DNA of 64,000 nt from Octopus sinensis. Its lineage: Eukaryota. The translations under genes and the position numbers were made by a program. The stretch is taken from NCBI RefSeq assembly GCF_006345805.1, contig NC_043000.1:69192001-69256000 (forward strand), given 5' to 3'. Under the pieces are notes generated by a model, which was given only the letters and a program-made list of their open reading frames with translations, was not told where the DNA came from and ran no database searches. Shown here piece by piece: positions 38,345 to 55,770 of this stretch (positions within the stretch are counted from its first letter, which is position 1; the number at the start of each line of letters is the position of its first letter).

Positions 38345-39584
38345 GTTGTTGTTGTTGTGTTGTTGTTATGTTGATGTGTACGGATATCTTCGTGATAACA
38401 CAAGAAATTTAATTTAACTGCGATGTATTTGATGAAGGAAGATATTTTCTTTATTTCATTTTGTAATCAAGAGAATGTTGATCGTTTAATCGTTTACTCT
38501 AGAGGAAAAGTCCGCATTTTTATGATGATATATATATTTTTAAAAACGTCATTTACTAGTAATTTAATATGGTTTCTTCTGTAAGAACAGGAAGAGGTGC
38601 TAGTGAGATACTTCCTTAAAAATATTGGAAACATTAATTCAGCATTTTAAAGACCATAAAACTCCCCAGGAAAAACGCACACATTTAAACAATTAAATAA
38701 AACAAATTTTCACTTAAAAAAAGGAAAAAAAATAATAACATAGGCAGAAAGCTAGAAATTTGGATTAGGGGTTAGAGAGTTAGATAACTAAACTGTCCCT
38801 AGTTCTTGATTGGTTCTTTAATTTTAGCCGACTCCGGAGGGATGAAAGGTAATGTTTATCTTGGCAGGATTTGAACACTGAAAAACAAATATTGCAAGTG
38901 CCCTAACAAGATTACTAACAACGTTAACAGGTAGAACAATGGTAGCAATTTTGCTAGTATTGCTAATAAGAGGGAGAAAATGAAGATAGGTCGGCTCCCA
39001 GAAAAGAACATGAGAGATGCATATCATAAAATACATTTATAAACGGTTATTAGCTTCATTTTTTTTTTAAAAAGAGGGAGAAATAAATAAGTGGTTTTCA
39101 TATCCCCTCAAAGAAGCAATTACAGGATGTTGTTGGTGTGTACGGTACTTACTCCATCGACCGGAAGGCACAGATGGGAGTGGATTCTTGGTCTGTAAAC
39201 CGAGGACGAGGTAAGTTGGTGCGTTACATTCTCATTCATATGTGGATGTCACAGTAGGCAGGAAGTAAGCGGGTAACTGGCACGTAGGGTCTTATGGATA
39301 TGCATGTCTTAATGGTCTCTGAAAACCACAAAGCCGTTTCTGCTCTATACTCCATCATGGGACCGAAAATGAAAGCAATTAAGCTGTTAGAGTGCTCCTT
39401 ATATGTGTGAATGAAGAGCTACTCGAGTGCTTTCTGTCAAGAGGAGGTTGAAAAGCAAACTAAAGGAAAATGGTAGGCAATAACAGAGGTAGCAATAAGA
39501 ATATGAAGATCGAAAAGCCCATCACATCGACTAGCTCCTCCCCAAAATGTCAGGGCTTTTGTCAATAATAGAGAGGATTATTAT

Positions 39585-39830
39585 TGAGCTGGCAGAATCT
39601 TTAGCTCACCGGGCAACATGCTTGGCAGTATTTCGTCCTTCGCTATGTTCTGTGTTCAGATTCCGCCAGTATTTCGTCCTTCGCTATGTTCTGTGTTCAG
39701 ATTCCGCCGAGGTCGACTTTGCCTTTCATCCTTTCGGTGTCGATAAATTAAGCATCACTCAGGCACTGGGGTCGATGAAGTTAACTATGCCCCTTCTCAC
39801 AAATTTCAGGCCTCTTGCCTATGGTAGATA
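39585..39830 (+). mobile_element. SINE family B with a 41-bp internal tandem duplication (39627-39667/39668-39708)
   Basis: Direct reading. Confidence 0.9.
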
Positions 39831-39832
39831 GG

Positions 39833-43907
<4,075 letters not shown>

Positions 43908-43997
43908 TATTATTGTTATTATCATCACCATTATTATCACTATTATCATTATCACCACTATTACTATCATAATTTTCATCATCACCATCACCATCAC

Positions 43998-44038
<41 letters not shown>

Positions 44039-44447
44039 ATGATATTGTTTTATGTGTAGTCACAGCAGTATCTTATTGTTATTTTTGTTTTTATCATTAT
44101 CAACATCACAGTAGTGTCTGATTGTCTCTCTCGTTGGCTGGCTGGTTGTCATCAACGCCAGAATTCTTGCCTGTCAAATAATACTTTCATATTTGGTTAA
44201 CATCTAAAGAGCCGATGTGAGGTTTGTGTTGGCTGAACTCTGTGAGTGTGTGTGTGTGTGTACGCGTGTGTAGATAGATAGATAGATCATCAGCACTATT
44301 ACTATCATTATTATCATCATCACCATCATCACCATCACCATCAGCACCATCATCATCTGTGATATATATATATATTTTATTAGGTGGGGTCCTATCGGTC
44401 AAAAAAAGTTCAAATGTCTACTCCTACTAGCCTTAAGAAAAATTAAG

Positions 44448-44930
44448 GAAGGGCTGTTCTGTATTGTTTGTGAATAAAGAAGTTGTGTTCGACCAGAGAG
44501 AATCTTAGCATCATTTTTTTCCCATGTGTGTTTGTGTTATTGCAATAAAAAGTGTTTGCATATTTCGTGTAAGGTAATATTGTGGAGGTTGAAGTTGACT
44601 TTTCTAGAGATGTTTGTATGTCCAGTTAGAACAGGTGTGTTTTTGCTTAAAAAGTATATGTTTACATTTATATTTGAATATTCAGGGAGGAAGCAAAGAA
44701 AAGTCAGATTTTCATAGAAAGTTTTAAGGTTTTGTAAGTCCACAAAAAGAAAAGCGTGATGTTTTTAGAGAGAAGAAAAAAAAGGATGTTTACAGAGGCA
44801 ATTCTGGGTATTAAAGTTTTTAAAGCTGATCGAATGTATGTTTGAAAACTGTAGATATGTAAATTTGTAAATTTTTAAACTTATTTTGAAGGGCTGTTCT
44901 GTATTATTTGTGAATAGAGAAGTTGTGTTC
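44448..44930. repeat. 43-bp direct repeat (44448-44490 / 44888-44930, 2 mismatches) around a ~400-bp insert
   Basis: GAAGGGCTGTTCTGTATT...GAAGTTGTGTTC occurs twice. Confidence 0.85.

Positions 44931-45021
<91 letters not shown>
44931..45021. repeat. (TTA)n(TAA)n head-to-head palindromic microsatellite
   Basis: Polarity switches at 44980/44981. Confidence 0.95.
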
Positions 45022-45022
<1 letters not shown>

Positions 45023-45029
45023 TATCATT

Positions 45030-45240
45030 ATTTAAGACGTCACATAGTATCCAACATCGTGATGTTGTTGATTGGTACTGTCTGTCAAGTCACAACAAGG
45101 TCATCAGACAGATAGTACTTTACGAATATGCGTGTAGTTCCAAGTAATGCCGACTTTTGCAATACACCTAGATTGTAGGGTATTTTTAAAGTTCCCAGAT
45201 GTTTCTACAGGTTGGTTGGTATTGAACTCAATGCTCCAAT
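45030..45240 (-). mobile_element. R4-type LINE extreme 3' end
   Basis: IGALSSIPTNL...LQKSALLGTTRI. Confidence 0.75.
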
Positions 45241-45520
45241 GTCTTTGGACAGCTTCTGACGCTGGAGATATAGTATGTGTCAGCTGTTCACTACCAGTGA
45301 ACTAATGTAACACCCCTTATTTATCGAGTACCATCTGGAGTATTCGAGTGATTCCAAGCAGTGCTGTTTTCTGTAAATGCTCCACTCTTATTGCAACACC
45401 CACTTGTTCCATGTACTTCTCAAGATTTTTACTCACTGTTCCCAGGGCTCCAACAAGTATTGGTACTACTATCACCTTTTTCAGCGACCCAACTGCTTAA
45501 CCTCCCAAACTAACATGTTA

Positions 45521-46811
45521 CGAGGGACGTTCAATAAGTAATGCCCCTGACCCACGTGCAGTTGTTTGATCTAGCTGAAATTTTGCATGTGCAATTATTC
45601 ATATCTCTATAGATTAAGTGGGAAATTACAGCTCTGAACTAATTGTGGTTTCTGATTTACAGGTGTTTGAACTGAGTCAAGTGTGAAATGGAGCCTGTTG
45701 AGTGTCGAGCAGTGATCCGGTTTTTGTATTTGAAAGGGCGCACACCACGGGAGACTTTTGATGAAATGAAAGTAACTTATGGTGATGATGCCCCATCATA
45801 TGACCTTGTAAAACGCTGGTATCGGGAATTCAAACATGGTCGGAACTCTGTCGAAACAGCTCCCAGATCTGGTCGCCCCGCTTCTGCCATTGATGAGGCA
45901 TCTGTCCGTCAAGTTGAGGCTGCCATTTTGGAAGGTCAACGCATAACTATTCGCCAAATAGCCCATAAGGTCAAGATTAGTACCGGGTCTGTGGAAACTA
46001 TCATTCATGACCATTTGCATATGCAAAATGTGTCTGCCAGATGGATTCCCAGGTTGCTCACACCTTTCCAGAAGCAAGAACGCGTCGAGTGCTCGAGGAT
46101 GAATTTGGAGATGTGCCAAGAAGATGAGTCAAAATTTTTCAAAAGACTGATTACACAGGATGAAACCTGAGTCCATCACGATGATCCAGAGACCAAAGCC
46201 CAGTCAATGCAGTGGAAGCACCGTGACTCACCCCCTTCAAAGAAGGCAAGGGTGCAGCCCTCCGCTGGCAAGGTCATGCTTACAGTCTTCTGGGACCAGG
46301 ACGGAGTAGTGATGACAGATTTCCTGGCAAAGGGTACCACAATTACAGGAGCCTATTATGCTTCACTTTTGAGGAAATTAAGAGAAGTTATCAAAATCAA
46401 GAGGCGGGGCAAGATCAGCAAAGGCATCCTCCTCCTGCAGGACAACGCTCCGGTCCACAACTCGCTTGTCGCCAGATCAGAAGCACAGGCGTGCGGTTAT
46501 GAACTCCTCCCCATCCCCCTACTTTCCTGACCTTGCACCCTCTGATTTTCCCCTCTTCCCAGTCATGAAGTTGTTTTTGAAAGGAAAGCGTTTCCCAGAT
46601 GATGCAGCCTTGATTTCTGAAGTCACGTTCAGGTTGGAGGACCAAGCTGGGGTCTTCTACAAAAACGGTCTCCAGAGCCGCATCAAACGATGGGAGAAAT
46701 GCGTAACTCTGGGTGGTTCCTATGTAGAAAAAGACTAATAACTGTGCCAAGTGTCGTTGCTCTACTCTTATGGGAAGTGGGTCAGGGGCATTACTTATTG
46801 AACGCCCCTCG
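45521..46811 (+). mobile_element. Full-length mariner element (1291 bp) with 35-bp TIRs and TA target duplication
   Basis: TA-CGAGGGACGTTCAATAAGTAATGCCCCTGACCCAC ... GTGGGTCAGGGGCATTACTTATTGAACGCCCCTCG-TA; 1 mismatch between the TIRs. Confidence 0.98.
45688..46738 (+). pseudogene. Mariner DD34D-type transposase (W-to-stop at 46168-46170, frameshift near 46510)
   Basis: HTH N-terminus, WIPRLL, ITQDET, LLQDNAPVH and YFPDLAPSDF. Confidence 0.95.
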
Positions 46812-47599
46812 TATATCTATCGACTTGTCTTTCTTCCTTATCGCATATCTTATTGTCAGCTGGGCATGCAATATCTATGATCCAGCATCGTTTGTTTTCT
46901 TTCTCAATTAAGACTATGTCTGGTTTCCTATTCTCTATCTCATGGTCGCACTGAATCATAAAATCTCATAAGATCTTTGCATTATCATTTTTGATGATGC
47001 CTTCGGTTTATGTTCATACCACTTTTTTGCTCTGTCCTGTCCTTACTTGTTGCAAAATGTCCACTGGGAATCCTTGCTATATGGTTATGACGTCTCTTAT
47101 ATTCTTTGTGGGTTAGTGGCGTACATTGACTGGTAATATGCCATATGGTTTCACCATTTTGTCCACAAATTCTGCACTTACCACTTTCTGATGTGCTGTC
47201 TATTCTGTATTTGATGAAATTCGTTCTTAATGCTTGCTCTTGGGCAGCACAGATTAGAGCCTCCGTTTCTGGTTTTAAATTCCTTTTAGTCATATACAGT
47301 TATCTTTTTTCTCTGTCTTATCTTCAACATCCCTATGAAATTGACCATGCATTCTTTTCTTTATTTACCATTGACCATTGCAACAGCAGCAGCAACAGCA
47401 ATAACAAATGTTTCAGAAATAATGGTAGCAGCAGCAACAATAACAACAACAATAACGACGACAACGACAACAACAGCAACAGTAATAACAATGTAAACGA
47501 CGACAACAACAGCAATAATGGCATCTTCACTGCCACCACCATCATTACTATCACTACCGTCACAATCAGTAATGTCAAGACATTAATCTAGGCCAACGA

Positions 47600-49090
47600 A
47601 AGTATGGAAGCTGGAACGAACAGAATAAATATGATCGAATGCATCATTAGCATCATTAAAGATACCCCTACCACATCCCTTGGAGTCAACAGCCTCACAA
47701 GCTTCAGCGGCATCAGCAACTATGCCAGCAGCTATAGCAACAACAATACCAGCAGCATGAGGAATAACTAGAACAAGAGCAGCAAAAATATGAAGTCGAT
47801 CTCACAAAAACAGAACCAATGAAATCTAAGAAATACAGAAAGACTCGATTGGAGAGAAAAACATTAACTGTACTCCGAAAGTTTCTGGAGAAAACGGTTT
47901 GGCGAAAAGTAGCGTGATAATACATGTTGGTCAAGTATTACTTTGTTCTCACCAGGCCATGTATAGCATTAAATGCAAGTTTTCTGTCAGAGGCCTACAC
48001 ATAAATAAGCAGAAATGAAGAATTTACATTCATTTACACATATATGGGTCGGCAAGAGGAGAAGTGAAGGTGTTAGATGTACGATCAAAATAGAACATTT
48101 CATGAGTAATGGTATGCGATGTTCTGAGGAGAGAGGTTACAATACTAGACATTGAAAGCATCGCTAGGTGTATTGATGATCCTGGTACAGTCTAAAAACC
48201 TAAGAAAGATTCCCGACCAAATAGACCACCCACCCAAAAGTCATCTAGCTGCATGAAACTGTGGAAGACAGAAGGCCCAGGTACCACCTCTTAAGCCTAA
48301 TTGGAGTTGTCTGAATGTCTTTCCAGTACAGAAACAAAGACAGCAAGGATCTGCACTGTTTTAATTAACAGTAAACGGAGTTGTAATAGAAGTGGTTGCA
48401 GCAGTGATAAAAGCAACAGTGACAGCAACAATAACAACAGCAGTAACAAGAGCAACAAGTGCAACATTTATCAAAACCAGTATAAAGTCACGGCAGTAGA
48501 ATGCCCTGGTTAGTTTTTCCCCATCATCTTCGAATTTCTTCTATTTTTCCAAACTGTCTTTAAATGATGAAGCAACAGAGGAGTAGACTAGGTTCCAGAA
48601 AACCGTAATTACCAGAAATAAGTAAAAAAATATCTCGTGAAGATTACACCAGATGTTAGCAAATACAAAATTTCCATATGACGTGGAAAATTTCAATGTG
48701 AAAATGGTCTGTGCAATACTACAAGGGACTTTTGGAGAACTCCGAAAACTGGCCCCTGTTGAGCCATTTTGTATGCAGGATGTCAATACAGAGAGTCTGT
48801 GGCATAAATGCGCATGACCTGAAATCGACTAGAATCGAATTGCTTACTTAATGATCTCAGGTCACTTGGCTTAGATGTAACCATATGCAAGACTAGTATT
48901 GTCAAGGAATTTACACACATGCTTCTCGATGGGTCAAGCGGAGTGGCAGTGCTGTTTGATAGAGGTGTGGATCTCGAGGAACGGATGATGTTCCTCGACT
49001 CGATGCAAATCGGTAACTGCGAATGTGAGTATACGCGTGGGTGTGCGCACCCGAGAAACCTACTCTGGGAATTCCAGCTGCCTTATTGTC
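47600..49090 (+). mobile_element. Possible degraded Tx1/L1 5' region (ORF1-like low complexity plus AP-endonuclease fragment)
   Basis: SGVAVLFDRGVDLE...FLDS resembles an APE domain segment; the rest is weak. Confidence 0.35.
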
Positions 49091-50036
49091 TGATGACTAT
49101 TTCTCGAATGTGTCAATGTGAACAAACAACATCAGTTCACTTAAATTGTATTTAAATAGAATACTTGTTAGGTGAGTGAATAAGTACAGCTTAATGTGTG
49201 TATGACTTTAACTAATCAGTTACACAAACCGCATGTTTGCAAGCTATACAGGCAATTGAGTAGGATGGCTATTGAGGAGCTCGAAGTTGAATAATACGAT
49301 GTTCCAGGTTCAGAAAGCTTATATTGAAGGGATTAGAAGAGAAGTTAAACTATAATAGATGGACACTGGAGATCGTCAACAATCAGAAGTGAGTCTCCTT
49401 GAAGGAAGCCATAAGAGTAGAATCGCAAAGAAGTAGCGAAAGCATTTTGAGATATTTCTCTTCGTATTTTTAGACGCTAAGTTCAAAACCCGCCAAGACA
49501 CTTGCTGCCTTTTCAAAGGCAATAAATTATCTATCACCCATCTACTAATTTCTGCTCAAGCATCTGTGGACCTCACATCGGAACTTCTGGCCTGGTGCTA
49601 TTTTAACAAATCTTTATTATGACTTCATTAGGCTACCAGTATCTAATAACACGTGTCATTCTGTAACCACCCTAATAATGTATTCTTTTATATATCAAAC
49701 AAGCAATTGAGTCACTCATTCAACTAAAAGTAACTATCACATCTCCATCAAAACCTTGCATATTGTTTTAAAAAAGAGGATTCATTGGATAATGAATCCT
49801 CTTGTATAAAAGGCAGTATTGATATAACTGAAATGTTTTTGATCACAGATCTTTTGTTGAGTGTTAAAAAAATAAAGAGCAACATGTCTAGTGAAGTTTA
49901 CGCAGGCAATTTTTGCCAAGCAATCCATTACTGTATTTTGGTTCATTATTCTAACTTGCCTTTAGAGATTCTGAGAGCAAAACCTCCTTAGTCACATAAG
50001 TGTTTAGTTTGAATAGAAGACTGATATTCTGTCAAC

Positions 50037-50192
50037 CTAAATTAGGGCCAAAACAAAAGAATCTCCTTTTTCAAACAGTTCCAAATAAATGTTATTGAAT
50101 ACTGATATTCCTGGATATAGTAACAACAAAATATACTGGCCAATTATCTGAATATTATTATGGTGTGCTTTCCTTTTCAAGATGCCATGATT
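50037..50192 (-). CDS. Candidate second exon (NHGILKRKAHHNNIQIIG...)
   Basis: Acceptor GTTTTCGTTTCAG. Only phase 0 is open (51 codons), matching the upstream exon; the true donor is uncertain. Confidence 0.25.
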   Translation of the reverse strand, partial: NHGILKRKAHHNNIQIIGQYILLLLYPGISVFNNIYLELFEKGDSFVLALI

Positions 50193-50354
50193 CTGAAACG
50201 AAAACATAGCAAGTCTGTTTTTTACAGCTGTTTTTAATCTATTTCAAGTTTTGTTTATTATGTTTTAATAAAAAAAAAAAAAATGCAAACTGCTTAAGGA
50301 CGTTGAACTGCGGCCACTATCTGGAGTATATCTGATTGATATTACGTATGATAC

Positions 50355-50730
<376 letters not shown>

Positions 50731-51336
50731 TCTCCCCTTCCAGATTTAACAACAACAAAATCAATAATCCTAGTTCAACTTTGCCATTCATTCATCCAGA
50801 ATCAATAAAGTAACAGTCAATTACTGGGGTCAATGGTATCAACAAACTCTGTTCCCTCAAAACTGCTGGCTTTGTGCTTAACTTAGAAATCATTATTACT
50901 ATTACCGGTTTTTAAAGAAAAATTTTAAAGGAAAATTTTAAAAAGAAAATGCTTTTCATTTACATTCAAGAAAAAAACACAAGAATGAAGAGAATAGATT
51001 AGTTATGATTTTTATTGTGCTTCTGAGAGCAAATTCCTAAAGTGGTTGAAGTATAACTCTTCAATTTACATGTCACCAATCTAGAAGTTTACATATAAAC
51101 AAAAGTTGAAAAAAAAAATGAAAAGTGGGTAAATTTTCAGTGAAATTGTTAGAATCTGCTGTTTCTCCTTTCATACAGTTTTTTTTATTTAGTTGGTTAA
51201 CTCTAAATACAACAACATTCAAAAGGCTATATACACATAAACTGAAATACTTTTACATTTATTCGATTTTCTTTCAGGATCAACAAAAGTAAACGGACTC
51301 ATTTCAAAATCATTAATGATAAAATTTTCCACTTAC

Positions 51337-51411
51337 ATTTTCGTAAACAGTTAAAGGAAAATATGAAAATCCCTGACAAAAATGGATACATTCGTCTTCA
51401 GTAGCAGCCAT
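51337..51411 (-). CDS. Candidate first coding exon of an unidentified host gene (MAATEDECIHFCQGFSYFPLTVYEN)
   Basis: Kozak-like acaATGG, 25 open codons and a canonical phase-0 donor AAT|GTAAGT, in non-repetitive sequence. Confidence 0.45.
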
Positions 51412-53367
51412 TGTAGGTCATGAATCCATAGCTCAAGCTTATTAATATTTATTTAAAGATCGACTGCCGGTAGAAATAGTAGAGCGGTGGATTAAATTTA
51501 CTATAAGTTATGAATGGAGGAGAAAATTACGCGTTCTGCATGAAAAAATAGTTAAGTGGTTGCTAACATAAAATATTTAATCTGATTAAATTCCCACTAA
51601 TAGTGAGAAGGAAAATCCATTAACTCAGATTAATTCTGGTCCAGAAAGGTAGGGAAGACAATTCTGAGTGTGAATTAATTACTTATCATTGCGTGTCTTC
51701 ATCGAGTTTTAATTTCTAAAATTTTTGAGTTGTTTCCCATGTTTTCTTGACCAGAATTAATCATAAATGCAAATTGTTATTTTTTCTTTCACTAATTAAA
51801 TTTTTGGAGTCACTTGATTAAGTTTGCTAGCATCTACCATTGGAAGCAGCAGCAACGACAGTAACAACAAATTGGAATGTAAATGAATATTTGATATGCC
51901 TAGGGATATTTCTGCCGAAAGCGTGGTAAGTGCAAAATATATTCGGAAAGTATTTGTAATGTAACAGTAATTATTTCTAACGCAAGCAGATGGTCTATAA
52001 TATGGGGAAAGGCAAAATCGATTATGTAGGCGTCAGTACTTGTCTGGCATTTTATTTCATCGACACAGGAGGGATGGAAGGCAAAGGAGATCTCGACAGG
52101 AGTTCAACTTAGAATTTAAAGAGCCGCTGGGTATTCTTTCCATCGTTCTAACGATTCTACAAACCCACCAGCCTTGAAAGATTTAGAAATAAGCAGTGTT
52201 AATTAACATCATTCTTCAACTCCACAAACTCTGTCGTATGATGACTAATGAATGAGATGGAAAGTAATGTGAAAGACTCATCGTCATTAGGGGTACATTT
52301 AACAGCAACTCACACTATGTCATGCTCCCTAAAATTATCTACTAAGGAGTATATTGCCTTACATTAACGAATATGATGAACTGCGCAAATGGAGTCCCAT
52401 AAACACAGAAATAAGTTATGCATGAGCTCTGTAATTTGGTGCATTTAAGTTTATTTATAAATTATGTTTATAAACATATCTAATATTATTAAGTTCTTGA
52501 ATATTGTGTTCATAAATAGTACAGAAAATGTGAAATACATTAAGAACAGACTATTAATAGGTTCGAAAACGAAACAGTAATACTAAGATAACAACCAAGC
52601 CCGATGGCCCCTACAGATTCTTTAACGCTGTCACAACTGGATGTGTTTTGTTGCCGTTCCCAAACTAAGTTGGCTGGCGACAGAGATAAGTAGGAAGTTG
52701 GGACACAAACAAAAACTGAATCTTAAAGGCTTATATTTGCTGCTTAAGACCTATATTTTCATACCCAGCACTGATGACGATAATAATAATGAAGAGGAGG
52801 AGGAGGAGGAGACGGAGGTCTAGGAGAGGGAGAGAGGAAAGAGCTTGGGATGGTGATATAATTGGTGATAATTCTATTTGAAAGTAGGAAATTAATAAAT
52901 AGTAGGCGTTAGCAGAATTTTGACATTAGAAATTGTTGAGAATTAAACCGAACTAAACAACTGGGTGTATAAATTAGAATTTTATGGACTAACACTTGAC
53001 ATCTCGTGGTTGAAAAAAGAATATTACAAATGAAAAGGAACATTTATACTTATCTTGATGGGAAACTTTCAAAAGGCGTTTCTCAGTTTCTGCGATAAAA
53101 TTGGTATGTGATTTAGAAATCTTTTTGTTTTCATCCATCAAATAACTTAACAATTTTGACCCTGAAAGTAGATATTGTTTGGCAAAAAATAAAACAAAAA
53201 CAAGACAAAACAAAAACAAACTAGAAATATGTTTTTATCCAGGTATTTAATTTTTTTCTGTAAGAATAATTATGGAATCTTTTATGCTTACGATGAAATA
53301 TTTTAAAGCATAATGAGTAGTTTGGGAACACTCTACAAACTGTTGCAATCATACTGCTGGTATTGGT

Positions 53368-54509
53368 ATTTGTAAGAGATTTGACTGTTATTTCTATTAT
53401 GTTGAGTGGACATGTGCAGGCTCCTTTTATACGAGAATTAAGAAATTCTTTGAGCGGGAATCCATGACATTATTAAGTAAAGATGTAATGATTATACGTG
53501 GACTGAGCTCGCCTTGCGTTATCGTTTGAAAGTTTCCCATCAATTAAGAAAACTGAATTTAGCAAAGGAAGTCGATTGTGCCATCATATATAACGAATAT
53601 AATATCGTAAATCAAAACTATATGACAAGTTTCAAATCAATATTTTTTATTATTTCTGGTGTAGTTAGAGGAAAATTAGTATCGAGCACTGGCGGTAGAT
53701 GCTAATTCGAAACTTTCATTCTGATCTGAAACCTCAACAGCTTTCTGGGAAGAGAGCTCTTGAAACAACTACAGACTAAACATTTTCCATTTACTTGACT
53801 GCCCGATGAAGGTGCTACTGTTGTTTTACCTCAGACTTAAGATGAAAAGATGAAAGGCGTTTTACCCATGGTCATCTCATTCCCTTGTCACTCAAGGATT
53901 TCACAGTCCAATCTGCATTTTCTTTCTTTTTTAAAAGGTGTTAGCATGAGGTTTGAAGGGAATTTTGGTTTTGATACAATTGATGCTAGTTCTTTAGTTG
54001 AAAATAATCACTTTTTGACTATCAAACGATAACGCAAGGCGAGCTCAGTCCACGTATAATCATTACATCTTTACTTAATAATGTCATGGATTCCCGCTCA
54101 AAGAATTTCTTAATTCTCGTATAAATTGTCTGTTAACTTGTTTTTGTAATAAAACCTAATAAATAGTAGATAATGGAGTACTTGATTGCCCAGACGTACA
54201 GACCTATATTTCTCTGCGCTATAGCATACGTAGTATGTTTTCGACGAGCCAAGTCTGAAACCCAGATTTGTTGTCCTATCTTAGCAATTACAATTTCTCC
54301 CAGTAAGGTATTGAGTGTAGGACGATTATGCCTTGGGAAAGCCATGATATGGACGCTTTTTGTTGATGTTTAGCCCCCAGGGCTGCCCTGACCGAGTAGA
54401 CATGTTGTCAAAGGTATTTACAGCCTCACGTCTTGTATATATAGAAAGATTTGTAAGAGATTTGACTGTTATTTCTATTATGTTGAGTGGACATGTGCAG
54501 GCTCCTTTT
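53368..54509. repeat. Perfect 61-bp direct repeat (53368-53428 / 54449-54509)
   Basis: ATTTGTAAGAGATTTGAC...GCAGGCTCCTTTT occurs twice. Confidence 0.92.
53426..54125. repeat. Perfect 104-bp inverted repeat (53426-53529 / 54022-54125) with a 492-bp spacer; possibly a mariner-type MITE (TA-CGAG...CTCG-TA)
   Basis: Base-by-base reverse-complement comparison shows no mismatch. Confidence 0.92.
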
Positions 54510-54655
54510 GTGTGGAGTTTGTTGGATGTAAAATTATTGCCCGGCATCAACGAACAGTATCTTAACAGCAGAAATATGTCTGTGGTGGGGTGGATATTTT
54601 TCTCTCCTACCATATTTCTGCTTTGTGTGTGTGGTTGGGTGTGTGTGTGTTTAAG

Positions 54656-54697
<42 letters not shown>

Positions 54698-55349
54698 GAG
54701 GCAGAAAGAGAGAGTGAGGGAGAGAGAGAAAGAGGAGTGTTTGTGCTTAAGGGTTGCCGAGGAGTGACGTTATCCAATAACTCCGATACAATTATTCTGT
54801 CACCAAATAAAGACATATTGGATAAAGTAGTTCGTTTTAAAATAAAGCCTTAGAAATTAGAGTGTCCAAAGATAAGATTGCTTATAACCCTAAAATCCGT
54901 CATCCAATACTAAGTAGAAACGTCACATCACTATCTAGTTCTCACATTTCCTGAAACTTTTAGTATAAAATTGTAAAAACTTTACTTGCTTCGATAGATA
55001 ATCATTTCATAAGGAACTACTGTTATAGAAAATTATCAGAAGCAGTCTCCAATAAATCTACAGAAGTATCACCTCAAGAGAACCCTGATAATGTGTAAAT
55101 TACCTGAATTAATTGAAGTTAAAACTGCACAACCAGAAACACGAATGCATGTTCCTGTAATAAACGCAACGTTGAAACAAGTCGCAGACGCTACTTGCAC
55201 CAATCCATAGTTAAACATCGTGAGTTAACACCCCTTGGTTATGGGAAATTGCAAATGAACACCACAATATATAAATTAGACTTCTATCCGAATTATAGAA
55301 ACAAAAATATAAGAAAGCTATCCAGTTTCAAAGAATTTGCTACAGTTTT

Positions 55350-55770
55350 TTCTTTTATCTTTTATCTTTTATCTTTTACTTGTTTCAGTCATGCTGGGGC
55401 ACTACCTTGAAACTTTCTAGTCGAATGAATCGACATCAGCACTTCTTTGTTTCTTAAGCCTGATACTCTTTTGCCGAAACGTTAAGTTTTGGGGGCAGAA
55501 GCACACCAACACCAGTTGTCAAGCGGTGAAGGAGCCAAACACAGACACAAAGACGCACACACATAGCTACATATGCATACATACATACATACATACATAC
55601 ATACATACATACACACACATACACACACACGACAGGCTTCTTTCACTTTCCGACTACCAAAACCACTCACAAGACTTTGGTCGGCCCAAGACTATAGCAG
55701 AAGACACTTGTCCATGATGTCACGCAGTGGGAGTGAACTTGGAACCATGTGGCTGGGAAGCAAGCATCTT
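55350..55770 (-). mobile_element. SINE family A with internal (TATG)n
   Basis: Reverse complement of the family head and tail. Confidence 0.85.

Larger units (their letters stand above)
45240..47335 (-). mobile_element. R4/Dong LINE 3' part split by the mariner insertion
   Basis: CRICGQNGETIWHITSQC, RKPDIV, IIDIACP; removing the mariner plus one TA restores in-frame DRYNMLVWEV; then VVPILVGALG and LQKTALLG. Confidence 0.9.

Noticed and set aside
39126-39210. Plus-strand exon ending GAG|GTAAGT
   Set aside because: Poor acceptor, unrecognisable peptide, and the region may be an old LINE remnant.
54360-54767. 135-aa ORF
   Set aside because: Ends in (GA)n read-through; the front part looks at best like a decayed LINE endonuclease.
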